A stretch of DNA of 64,000 nucleotides, taken from Octopus bimaculoides. Lineage: Eukaryota. Location of the stretch: contig NC_068982.1 in NCBI RefSeq assembly GCF_001194135.2, positions 75,193,411-75,257,410 of the forward strand, given 5' to 3'. The position numbers and the translations under genes are program-made. Shown here piece by piece: positions 13,095 through 26,116 of this stretch. The notes beneath the pieces are model-generated. The model was not told the DNA's origin and searched no databases. It saw only the letters and a list, made by a program, of their open reading frames with translations. Position 1 is the stretch's first letter; each line of letters begins with the position of its first letter.

Positions 13095-14720
13095 TATCAC
13101 TACGTTTCATTAGGAGATTTGGTGATGTAACATCATACATGCAGTTATGAAAGACATACAACATCTATAAGATTATGCAATAGATTACATTTGGGCTGTC
13201 AATTCATTAGGCTAAACAATGTGCAAGCCAATTATATGTTATCAGATTATAAAAATTACATATCAATTATTGACTGCATATGGGTTAGCCCAAGGATTTG
13301 GGAGCCTAAATGTAACATCATCATCATCATCGTTTAATGTCTGCTTCTTTCCATGCTGGCATGGGTTGGTTTCACAGGAGCTAGCTAGGCAGAAGACTGC
13401 ACTAAACTTCTGTATCTGTTTTAGTATGATTTTTACAGCTGGATGCCCTTCCTAACACCAACCTGCAGAGTGAACTGAGTGCTTTTTACATGGCACCAGC
13501 ACATGTGAGGTCAGTTTTGGCATGGTTTTTACAGCTGGATGCCCTTCCAAATGCCAATCACTTTACGGCGTGGACTGGCTGCTTTTTACATAGCATCAGC
13601 GCTGGCAGGGTAACCAAGTAGCTTGCAAGACAAGAAATCATTGAGAGGGGAGGGAGCTTTGGAGCAGGCAATCTTGTGTCAGATGATGAAAGGTTAGAAT
13701 GTAACAGAGAGGCAGAAACAGGTGTCTTGCTGAAGAGGTACATGGTTACCCAGCCAGGGAAATAGAGAAAGAGAGAGAGGGAAAGAGAGTTAACAAGAAT
13801 GAGGAGAGAGAGTATCTTATAGATGTTGCATGTCTTACATAATTGCATGTACCATGTCACATCACATTAAATTCTCTTAATGAAACATTGTAGCAATACC
13901 ATATAATCCATTCGTCTGCTTATATTATACTGTTGGACTTGCTAATCTGAAAGCAAATCAATTGTTGACCTACATATGGTGTAGCCTGAAGATTTGAGAG
14001 CCTAAATGTAACATATTACATAGTATTGTAATAACTGCTTGTCCTACATAATTGCATATATGATGTTACATCATAATAATTTCTTTTAATGAAATATTGC
14101 AGTGATACCATCATTTTTTTTTCTTAATTTATGTTGATTGATGGCTTATCTGACAGCAGATCGATTACTGACCTGTATATAGTTTTGCCCAAAGATTTGA
14201 GAGCCTAAATGCAACGTATTGTATAATCTTATAGATGTTACCTGTCTTATATAACTGCATGTATGATATTACATCACAATAAAATCTCTTAATGAAGCAT
14301 TGTAGTGATACTATATAATTCATTCAACCCTTTTTGTTATATGCTTTTGGATCCACTAATCTGACAGCATATCGATTATCAACATGCATATGGTTTAGCC
14401 CTAAGATTTAAGAGCCTAAATGTAAAACGTTCCATGTATTACATAACTGTATTAGCGATGTTGCATCACAATAACATTTCTTAGTGCTATATTGTTGCAA
14501 TACCATGTACCCCATTTATTGTTTTAATTGTATGTTGTTGGACTTGCTAATCTGACAGTTTATATCGATTATTGATTTAGCCTGAAGATTTGAGAGCCTA
14601 AATGTAATGTATTGCATAATTGTAAACACATTGCATGTCTTACAAACTGTACGTATTATGCCACAATAAGATCTTTTAATGAAACATTATAATAGTACCA
14701 TATAAATCATTCATTTGTTT
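13095..14720. repeat. ~190-205-bp minisatellite (about 5 direct units plus one inverted unit), split by a SINE
   Basis: Marker GAGCCTAAATG recurs at ~13305, 13998, 14201, 14412 and 14594; 13095-13250 is a reverse-complement unit. Confidence 0.8.
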
Positions 14721-15457
14721 TTATTATATATATATATATATATTCCTATGTATGTGGAATAGCTATTTTTACATAGGTACAAATAATGGTTGTGAAGATG
14801 CTAGTATAAATGTAGAATAGATAAGCACCAAATTAGTGCTGATGCTAGTCAGGTATATATGTATATATGCATGTGTATAATCTTTCATGCATCTAAAACA
14901 TTTATCACTAGACCTCTCTTATCAGACATCTATTTTATCACTCACCTGTCAGTCTCCCAAGCCAACATCACTCATGACTATTACTCTTATTCCTCATGAC
15001 CCCAAATTTTATTTTCCTTTTGCTCATCTCTCAATTATTCTGTTTTCTTATCATCACTGTAGCTCCTTCCTGAATAATATAGACTCATAAAGTTGGCTTC
15101 CCAGTGGCATAAATATTCTTCCCCAGACGGGACACTACTCTATTGCAGGATTACTCATTTTTGCCAGCCTAGTGGACAGGAGGAACATGAAATGAAGTGT
15201 TTTGCTCAAGAACGCAATGCATCACCTGGTCCACATGAGTCCAGCACTCTAACCACTAAGGCACATGCCACCTCTATCTTCTCTGTACTTAGCTTCAAAT
15301 GCGACTAGAGATAGCAGAATTTCTCTTCTGATCACTGTACATTACTTTCAGTATAACTATGGATGCCATGGAATCTCTCTGATCTTCTTGCCAACATTCT
15401 ACCTCTTTCTTTCTCATTCTTATCACCTTAGCTCTCTCTTCATCTTCTGGTGTATAT

Positions 15458-15843
15458 TGTTGTTGGCACTCTGTCGCTTACGACGTCAAGGGTTCCAGTT
15501 GATCTGATCAACGGAACAGCTTGCTCGTGAAATTAACGTGCAAGTGGCTGAGCACTCCACAGACACGTGTACCCTTAACGTAGTTCTCGGGGATATTCAG
15601 CATGACACAATGTGATAAGGTTGTCCCTTTGAATTACAGGCACAACAGAAACAGGAAGTAAGAGTGAGAGAAAGTTGTGGTGAAAGAGTACAGCAGGGTT
15701 CACCATCATCCCCTGCCAGAGCCTTGTAGAGCTTTTAGGTGTCTTCACTCAATAAACACTCACAACGCCCGGTCTGGGAATCGAAACCACAATCCTATGA
15801 CCGCGAGTCCGCTGCCCTAACCACTCGGCCATTGCGCCTCCAC
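15458..15843 (-). mobile_element. tRNA-derived SINE family D (also 53030-53373)
   Basis: Two highly similar copies 37 kb apart; tRNA-like B box GGTTTCGATTCCC on the minus strand. Confidence 0.85.
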
Positions 15844-18800
15844 TCTGGTGTATATACTCAAGGGGCTTCATACACTTCAGTGTCTGTTTAGTATTTGACA
15901 TTTATCTACCTCTTGCGAGCCATCACTTGCTCATCTCTATATTCGCTCACACAGGTACTTAATTAAAAGTACCCAGTACACTCTGTAAAGTAGTTGGTAT
16001 CAGGAAAGGCATCAAGCCATAGAAATCTTGTCAAAAATGAAATTTACAAGATGTGATCCTCTAACACATCTATGAGAGTAGAAATGATCCATTCAACTCA
16101 TGCCAACATGGAAAGCAAACAAAAATAGATGATGAAGGTGATGGTGATGGTGATGATGATGAATAGTGTAGTCTGTACTAGGTTTTCTAATGTGTCATTT
16201 TTTTAAAGATATTAAGATATGGCTGCTATTTCTAGCAACCATACAAAGGCTCCTTAGTTGGCTCCTATACATTTGACTTTCTACTGCTGATGTTGCTACT
16301 TGTAGCATGTAAATTTATATAAAAAAAAGATTGTATTAAATTTAATATTTAATATAATCAAAGTTTTATTTTTCTTCACTATGTTTTTTTTTCAAATCTA
16401 GCATTTTTATACAAATCGATCTACAGAAAATTAAAATATAATAAATTGTGAAGGGGAGATTATATGATGCACGTGTGTGAAGTGCAATGTTGCATGGTAG
16501 TGATATTTGTGCCAAGAAATGCAGAGGGTTTGTGAAAACTAAAAAGAAATGAAGCAAGCATGCTTTGCTGGATGCTGGATGCTTTGCTGGATTCAACATT
16601 CTCTTTCCATGCTGGTATGAGTCAGATGGTTTGACAAAATCTGGCAAGTTAAAAGGCTAAGTTCACCACCATCAATTTACCACGAAGAAAGTTCATCACA
16701 AGGAAACTTTACCAAGAAAATATATCCATAGCATACTCTTTTACTTGTTTCAGTCATTTGACTGCAGCCATGCTGGAGCACCGCCTTTTGTCGAGCAAAT
16801 CGACCCCAGGACTTATTCTATCAGTCTCATTTGCCGAACTGCTAAGTTACGGGGACGTAAACACACCAGCATCGGTTGTCAAGCGATGTTGGGGGGACAA
16901 ACACAGACACACAAACATATACACACACATACACATATATATATATATACAACAGGCTTCTTTCAGTTTCCGTCTACCAAATCCNNNNNNNNNNGCAGTG
17001 GGACTGAACCCAGAACCATGTGGTTGGTAAGCAAGCTACTTACCACACAGCCACACCATTAATAGTTAAAAACTATTTTATCGAAAAAAAAAAAAATGGT
17101 GAATTGATGATAGTGAACTTACCAGACATGACTTGAAGCTCTACTGTCTGCTTTGACATGGTTTCTACAACTGGGTACCCTTTCTAAAGCCAACCACCTT
17201 ACAGTGTTACATGTCATCAGCAGCAATGTGGTCACAAAGTAACTTACAAGACAAGACCCCTCAACTGAGTGGAGGGTAGTATTGCAGAACATGGCTGTGT
17301 GCCTGGTGATCAGAATATGAACAGAGGGACAAAAATAGGTGTCTTACAGTAAAGGAGATACATGACTACTTCAGTTGGAGAGAGAGAGAGGGGAGGGAGA
17401 TGAAAATGTGACTCAAGTTTTAGTGGGGTGAAGTGAAATGGAACCAATAGAAATGAGAGAAAACTGGATATAAGAAGAATTAAATCTAATAAGAGAGAAG
17501 ACTGCATTGATATGGAGATGTGATGTAATATGGAGGATAACAGATGAGTAAAGGAAGTGTTGAATGCTGAAAGTGAATGGGACACATGGAAGAAAATATG
17601 CCAACAATGAAACGACTGATCTGTTTAGTAACTATAAATAAAAATGACTCAGACTGTGCGACAACTTGTCCAACTCATTCCAGCATGGAAAGTGGATATT
17701 GAATGACAATGATGGTGCCAACTTGGAGTAAAAATAATAAATCATTGAACTATCACAAACTTTACGACATTCTTGGTACAATTTTCATGTGTTGGGGGCC
17801 AACCTAAGGGTAAGAATTTACATACCAGCTCTCAGGCTTATATATACACACATATATCCCCACCACACACACACATATATATATATATATACAAACATAT
17901 AATACATACATATATATATATACAAACATATAATAACATATATAAACATCTATACACATGTAAATGGCAATTTCTGTCTATCTCTCTGTTACCAACTTAG
18001 TGCCTAAACCACTGAACCAATATTCATGACACTTTGCATACATTACACTAACATCCAGTTCAATAATAAGCTAATTGGATTTCTATAAAAATCTATAATG
18101 TGCCCTTGGGCAAATTATGAGAAAATGAGAAGGCTACAAAATTATAAGTCTGAAAGAGAGGGTGACTTCTATCAGTGAAGGTCAGAACAGCGGTGATAAT
18201 GGGATGTTACATTACTATAGCTGTCATATACATGCAACGCTGCATAAATACATAGATACAACACACACACGCAGAAAGGTGAGTGTGAAAAATACGAAGC
18301 TTTAAGGAGAGAGGGGATAGGTGACTTTTCTGTTGCCCATTGCAAAGAAACACTCACAGACACACAATATACACATATATATATATACCTACATATTACA
18401 TACATAGATACATCTACTACACACCATTTTAAACTCGTGATTACCTGTGTGTATGTTTGTAAATTTGTTTGTGTGTGGAACTGGAAATAACACCTGCTTT
18501 TCCAAGTAATACCAGATAATTCAGCTAGTATATATATATATCATCATCATCATTTAATGTGCATTGTCCTTGCTGACTTGGGTTGGACGGTTTGACCCGG
18601 ACTGGTAAGCTGGAAGGTTGCACCAGACTCCAGTCTGATTTAGCATGGTTTTCTATGGCTGGATGCCCTTCCTAACACCAACCACTCTGAGAGTGTAATG
18701 GGTGTTTTTATATACCACTGGCATTGGTGCTATTTGTGTGACACCAGTATCTGACACAACTGTAATTTTTCTTGGTTTGATGGGTCTTCTTCCCAAGTAT

Positions 18801-18850
18801 GACATAATGCCAAAGGTCTTGGTCATTGCTTCCATGAGGCATAACACTCA

Positions 18851-19065
18851 AAAGGAACTCAGCCACTTTGCCTCTGTGAGGCCCAATGCTTGAAAGGAAC
18901 TCAGCCACTTTGCCTCCCTGAAGCTCAAATGTTTGAAAAGAACTCAGCCACTTTGCCTCTGTGAGGCCCAATGCTCTAAAGGAACCCAGCCACTTTGCCT
19001 CTGTGAGGCCCAATGCTCCAAAGGAACTCAGCCACTTTGCCTCCGTGAGGCACAGCACTTGAAAG
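18851..19065. repeat. 42-43-bp VNTR, 5 units, inside a family A SINE
   Basis: AAAGGAACTCAGCCACTTTGCCTCTGTGAGGCCCAATGCT repeated head to tail. Confidence 0.9.
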
Positions 19066-22000
19066 GTGCTCTTAACGTGCCAGTTACATGACACCAGCAT
19101 CAGCCATGATTATGATTTCACTTGGCTTGACGGGTCTTCTTAAGCACAGCATCTTGGCATCTGAAGCAGCAGGAGATACAATAGTTTGACCAAAAGTACC
19201 AGCTATTGCAAGCAAAAATAAATAATGAAAAAAAAAAGAAAAAAAACGCATTTGGTCAAATTTAGACATATGACAATTTAACATAATAGCAATGATATTA
19301 TTTATATATCTCCTCTCTCCTAAATGAATAGCCATGTAGCTCCTCTACAAGAAGCTACTCTATCCCACCTCCACCCAGACCTCAATCCTCATCTGTTAGC
19401 ATAAAGTTACCTCTCCTCAGGCTTCATAGGTTTGCAAGCTGCATGGTGAACTCACTAGTGCTAGTGGCGTGAGAAAAGCATCCAGTACATGCTTTAAAGT
19501 GATTGGTGTTAGGAAAGGCATCCAGCTGTAGAAACCATACTAAAGCAAACAATGGAGGATGATACAATCATTGGACTCATTGGATCCTGTCAAACCATCC
19601 AACTAATATCAGCACGGAACATGGGAGTTAAATGATAATATATAAATCAGTCATGACCAGTCAAAAGTGAAACTTAAGGAGATTCAGTTTTGATATAATA
19701 AACTTACATATATATATACATATAGATAGCTAGATAATTGCTTAATGAACACAGTATATATCTTTATGAGCTACTAATAGTTTCATGCAATGAAAATGAC
19801 TGAGACAGAATTTTATAACTGGTCTGGCACCTTCACACAGTCCTCAGACTATGTCCATGTGGCATAACAAGCTAAAACAAATATGAAAAAGGGCAAGAAG
19901 AAAGTAATTTTCTTTGGCACCTGTACCAGTAGATCACTAAGAGCACTGTCCGAGCATGATCGTTGCCAGAACACCAGCTGTCTGGCTTCCGTGCCGGTGG
20001 CACGTAAATAGCACCATTTGAGCGTGATCGTTACCAACGTGCTAGTGGCACGTGAAAAGAATATTCGAGCAAGTTCGTTGCCAGTACTGCTGGACTGGCT
20101 CTTGTGCAGGTGGCACGTAGAATACACCATTTCGAGCATGGCTGTTGCCAGTACCGCCTGACTGGCCTTCGTGCCAGTGGCACATAAAAGCACCCACTAC
20201 ACTCTCGGAGTGGTTGGCATTAGGAAGGGCATCCAGCTGTAAAAACTCTGCCAGATCAGATTGGGGCCTGGTGTAGCCATCTGGTTCACCAGTCCTCAGT
20301 CAAATCGTCCAACCCATGCTAGCATGGAAAGCGGATGTTAAACGATGATGATGATTTCCTTTTCAACTTCCCACCTTTTACATCTACTTCCTTCTTGTGC
20401 TTTCTCTTATTTTATCATCCTGTTTTAGATATATGTTTATAAATCTGTTGACTCAGCAGGTCTTCAGTCATTAATTTTAGTTGCAATCTCTTCCAGCATC
20501 AGCATGAAGATTGGAGGTTTGGTTAAGCATTCAGTTTTAGTTGGTGTTGCCAGGCAGATAAGACTTACTACCCCACCACCACTACTAGCATCACCATCTT
20601 CACCACCTGGTATTGAATGTGGTGACAATGATGATGATGATGATGATTAGGTTGTGCTGTATCCATGGAGATGAAGGGAATCACACTATGCTATAAAATG
20701 TAGAGAAGTAGTTTTCAGCTTACCCTGTCAAAAGTAATACTTATTTATTCATTTGGTTTGGAATAAAGCAGGAAGTATCATGTAGCATTGAGATTGTGCT
20801 GATGGTATTGTTTAGTTTTAGAATGACATTGTAGGTTAGGTGCAAGAGGCTGGATCTGGTTGATTTGAACATAAAACAGGTAGAATATTTGGGCTGGATA
20901 TTGCTGGTTTAAATGCTAAAGGGCTAACCCTAGTTTCTTTCTGTTTTAGTTTTTTATTTTATGTTTTAAGAGAAAAATATGTTGAAAACATTTCCTAATT
21001 AGGGTTCAGTCATAAGAGGGGCTAATTTTACTCCTTTTATCGTTGACAAATAAATGAGGTGGTAAATTGACAGAATACTTCATGGTATTTGTTCTGACCA
21101 GTCATTCTGAGTTCAAATCCTACAGAAACCAACATTATCATTTCTCTTCTTAGAGTCAGTTAAAATAAAGTACTAATCCAGAATTCTAATAAATAAAATA
21201 TATTCTTTTTAAATATATTTTGTTTAATTTTATTCATTGATCACAAACCTGGATTTCCCTAATAACCCAATAGGCAATGTTTTTACTGTCCACTGTGTTC
21301 TCTACTGTGAATTGATTTGCACTTAAATCACCTTACACACTCAAACAAGAATTTATTTTGACATTAGACAGACACAACTGCTATCTTCTTTTATTTACCC
21401 AAGTCTGATAGAGAACATCCCAAGACCAACAACTCACTGTAGAGTAATAAATCATGTGAAGAAATTTGATATGCCAACTTTCAGCTAAACTCTTCTATTA
21501 GCTCTGATTGTGTAGATCTTCCAAAATAAAATCAAAACAGATACTTCTTAGAGCTTTGGGAAGAATGGCTTGAGAAACAACTGTTTTGTTAATTGGTTGA
21601 TTAAATGATCAATTAATGGGTTGATTAAGCAAACTACTATGTACAATGAATTCAATTTGTCAGACAATTTAAAACATGCTCAAGTGAATAAAGTATCATA
21701 TGAATATAATTCTGCATTCTTTATTTCTTTTCTAGTATACTTTGTGATAAATACACCAAAATTACTAATTGATGACAAAGTTTGGATTAACAATTTGCAC
21801 TTGTCATATGAATTTAACAATCTAGGCAGATTACTATAATCTGGATTGGACATCCTGTTAGCCAGGTTTTGTTTACAGAAGTGCTTACTGAGGCATTTGC
21901 TTGAATCTATTCAATCCTTTTTTCCCCCTTCTTACATAGATATATGCTGGTATTAAAGCAATAAACAAACATGCATGCATGCACACACACGCACACATAA

Positions 22001-22984
22001 GTCAGGCCCTTTTCCAGCCAACAACTTCCCATTTCTTACACTCTCTCTTTCCAATACCTCCCACCATCGCCATATTCTGTTTAACTCATTAACCAGTCAG
22101 TTGTCGCACAGGCATAAATTCATACACAGCCACATGTATAGAAAGAGAAAAGTAATGCCAAACTCATTTACAAACCTAATAGACTGATGCAAGAATATTA
22201 ACTCTGGATATATTCAACTGAAATAGTGCAATTTGACAACTCAAGCTAATAATAAATGACAATCTTCTATCACTTTCTATTTAGCCAACAATAAATGTGA
22301 AGTGGTTGTTAAAAATAATGTACAATGTTGGTGTTAAATAGTTTTGTGAAGTTCCTATTGCATCAAGGATTTAACAACTCTCCTTACTTGCATAGGTTAC
22401 ATGGAATTTGTTGAGGCAGATTTTCTCTAGTTGGATATTCTTCCTGCCATCAACCTTTACCTGTTTCCAAACATGTTTATCACAGAAGACTAGAAATAAA
22501 CAATATACTTGTATAACTATGATGCTCATTTACAATCATTACATGATGTCAAAACAAGGATAAACACAAATACACTCTCACACGCAAACAATGGGCTTCT
22601 TTCAGTTTCCTTCCATCAAATCCACTCACAAAGCTTTGGTTAACTCAAGGCTAAGTTGCTGTGCAGAGAGACTAGATAAAAACCAAGTAGTTGGGAGGTA
22701 AGCTTCTTAACTACGAATGGAAACTGTTCAAACTGAACACTGAAGATTTTTCATTGATTCCAGAATTAAATTAAGGAAGACTAGGTGCAGATATGGCAGT
22801 GTGGTCAAAAAGTTTGCTTCCCAACAATATGGCTTCAGGTTCAGTCCCAGTGTATGGCACCTTGGACAAGTGTTCTCTATAGTCACAGGCTAACAAAGCA
22901 CTGTGACTGAATTTGGAATACAGAAACTAAAAGAAGTTTGTTCTATACAGGTCATTCACTTTTCCATGCTTGCGTATATACCTT

Positions 22985-23290
22985 GGCTCTTCTGGCTTTG
23001 TGGGTGATTTAAAGAGGTAGGAATGCCCACATCTACTGTAAGCTTTCCGACACCTGGAAAGTCTATTTTGAGACAAACGAGCATGACCACAGAGGCTGCA
23101 TAGAAAGGTAGGCTGTTCAGAGTTGTTTGTAGTGTCCTTGCTATTCTTCCTTTTTTCTCTTATCTGCAAGGATGATTCTGCAGGTGTCTTCACAGGAGGC
23201 TGTTGCCAGGTGGTTAGTGAGATACCAGGCATCATAGTCAGGGCAAGAACAGACCACATGTGGTAATCAATGTGGCAGGTGTTGAAGGAT
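22985..23290 (-). mobile_element. RTE-like LINE 3' fragment
   Basis: REKRKN...FLCSLCGHARLSQNRLSRCRK resembles the RTE C-terminal CxxC...H...C motif. Confidence 0.55.
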
Positions 23291-23664
23291 AATTTTAAGG
23301 AATCCTTGTACCTCTTTTGGGGGGCTTTTCTATCATAGTAACCAGAGGAGAGTTCGCTATATAGTATGATCTAGGGAAGTCATTGATACTCCAAGTATGT
23401 ATGTGTCTGTTTGCATCTCCTTGTCTTGACTGAACATGATAGTTATAAATGAGTATCACAGTCATGCAAGCAATGTCATTCATTTCCAATATTCTGTGAG
23501 AACATGTCTGGCCATGGAAAAATATTACCTTGCTTGGAAACAAGTTGTTAATGACAGAAAGTGCATCCAGCTGTAGAAAATCTAACTCAATATTAAGAAC
23601 TCCATCCAACCCATGCAAGCATAGAAAAGTGGATGTTATAATGATGATGATGATAATTGGAAAA

Positions 23665-24176
23665 CATTGGTGTCCCAGAATTAACTATCAACTGCATTGA
23701 AACTGGGCAAATTTTAGCAAAACTGACAGAATTTTATGTTTATTACTTAATTATGATACTAAAACAAATAAATTTATAAATCTTATGTAAAAACTTCATT
23801 GAAAATTTTCCAACATGTGCTCTGTCAGTATCTATGCAAAGTTCAAATCTATTCTTAGCAATGTGAAACACATTTTGAAGCATTTCAAGACTTATTTCCT
23901 GCACTGCCAGCTGAATGTGTTCTTTATGTTCAGCTAAACTACTGCTCCATCCTGGAGATGGTGGTAGAGAAAATGAGTGCCACCAAACTGAAAAAAAGCT
24001 GTTGTGGACAGATGAGCCAACAGGAATGAAAATAAAATTGTAAAAAAAAAATAATAAACAAAATAAAAAAATTTATACACTTTTAACAAATATTAAATAT
24101 GATAAGCATAAATAAAAGTGAGTTTGTAAAGAAAATTGTCCAATTTCACTGAAATAGTTAATTCTGGGACACCCTG
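23665..24176. mobile_element. Tc1/mariner-type MITE
   Basis: TIRs GGTGTCCCAGAATTAACTAT / ATAGTTAATTCTGGGACACCCTG|TA. Confidence 0.75.
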
Positions 24177-26077
24177 TATTATGATATACTAAAATTGCAG
24201 AAGAAAAAATATTTTAAACTGAAAAGAAAAGAAAAGAAAAAAAGTATTATCGTAAACTTCATGAAAGGCAAACAGTACGAGAAAAAAAAAAGAAAAGAAA
24301 ATTCTTAAAAATAAATAAATACAAGATAAGAAAAGCTATGAAATGATACATATGATGTATGTTGATGCCAACTCATACGGAAAGAATTTATTATTTTTTC
24401 TTTCGTTTTTTTCAATACAAAGCAACTGAGGAAGAATTAGATGTAAGCCATGTGCATATTGTTTGTAGTTTCATTTCACTGTTAAGAAACAGAGAAAAAG
24501 GTTTGTTTTGTTTTGTTTTTGTTTTAAGAAAGGAAGGAGATCTTTTACCCACCCACCTACCTGCTGTCAGCTTTGAACTCTGCACTACTATCAAATAAAA
24601 TATTAAAAAAATTTTAAATGCCAATCAATATGAACGTTTTTCTGTGTGTGTGGTGTATGGTGTGTGTGTGTGTGTGTGTGTATGTGTGGGCTTGTTTTTT
24701 GTATAAATACACACATACAGGTTTTTCACAGAATTTTTTTCTTAGACAGTCTTTTTCCTTCTTTTAGGGGGGGGGGGATACAAATGTGAAGATTTGCATA
24801 TTGTCGGAAGAAATGCATGCATATATGTAATAGATATATGCATGAACACACTAACATAAGTGCATGTTTGTGAGACAAGGAAATTAGTGAATAGCAAATG
24901 GTATGGTAAAAGTGGTTGAATATATTTGGATGTCAACCAGAGCATGTGGATTAAATTCCCACCTGGTTCTCACAATTTTCATTTGATGCACTGACAGGAA
25001 TCCACACCATGTCACACAGGCATGCACGCACACATATTCTCCCTCTCACATCTCCATAAATATAAATATACAATCTGTAAACTAGGAGATAGACAGACCT
25101 TGGTAAGAGAGGTCATATCATTGATGAGGTCTTAAATGGCAACAAAAGGAATCTGGATGAACCTAACTGACTGACTGAATGAATGATTAATCAAACAATC
25201 AATTAGTTAATTGGTCACGTAGTTGACTAATAATAATTATTTCAAATTTCGGCACAAGGCCAGCAATTTTAGAGGACAGGTTAGTTGATTTCAGTGACCT
25301 CAGTGCTCAACTGGTACTTTATCGATCCTAAAAGGATGAAAGGCAAAACTGACCCTGGCAGAATTTGAACTCTGAATGTAAAGTGCCAGAAAATAATAAA
25401 AGAAGTGACATAGAACCAGTGCATGTTTTTTTTTTTATTGTTGGCACAATGACCTTCCCAAGATACAATGAAATCTCACTATAATCAGGTTTATATACTT
25501 TCTGATTTAGTAGTCTACAAATAGATATCCTACTTTTGTACATACACACACACACACATTCATACATGTGCATGTATACACAGGCAATATGATGAAAGAA
25601 AAACTGAAACTACCAAGAACAGAAGCAAACGGTTGTTGAGCAAGTAGAGTGAAGATGTCAATTAGTTGTGTATGAAGAAATATTCTGAAGAATTTAGTAG
25701 CTCAATCTTCTAAGTTGGGAACTACAAATGGCTGAAGTAGTAATTATAGCTGCTCTATATACAGGAGCTATTCACTTCCAAAATTCATATTCATTATGGA
25801 CATTGATTGATGAAGAGGTTAAAAAAAAAATTTTTTAAACAAAAGAAAAAACAGCAACGGAGTTGAGAAATATATCCATTTGGTTCTCTTGTAATTTTTA
25901 AAAAGTTAATGCCTATTTTTTTCTTATTTTTTCTTTCCTTCCGTGATGTGGTTGGCATCGATCATCAAACAGTAGCATCGGAGAATCTTGGGAGTAAATT
26001 GGCAATATTCCTGGCTACTTCCTGATTCCATATTGATAATACAATTAATTCAAATGTGACCAGTCACTGAAACTTCT

Positions 26078-26116
26078 TCAGCTGTGTTTCGAGTCTCCTT
26101 TATTGTGCTTGGAGCC
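26078..26116 (-). CDS. GKAP1: GKAP1 terminal coding exon: [12 protein letters not shown]
   Basis: ttttttttatttag|GGC ... TGA; phase 0 start; short basic tail comparable to vertebrate GGRKGKRN...; the 3' UTR end could not be determined. Confidence 0.8.
   Translation of the reverse strand, partial: GSKHNKGDSKHS

Noticed and set aside
18708-19100. Regular 42-bp repeats and a repeat-containing ORF (LTEAKWLSSF), superficially CRISPR-like
   Set aside because: Units are directly tandem with no unique spacers, lie inside a SINE, and no cas genes are present in this eukaryotic DNA
20560-20690. Minus-strand segment with a GTAAGT donor and Gly/His-rich translation
   Set aside because: Trinucleotide low-complexity sequence; stops in two frames and no partner exon
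26052-26115. Alternative frame for the last exon ([21 protein letters not shown])
   Set aside because: Incompatible with the phase-0 end of exon 29926-30003
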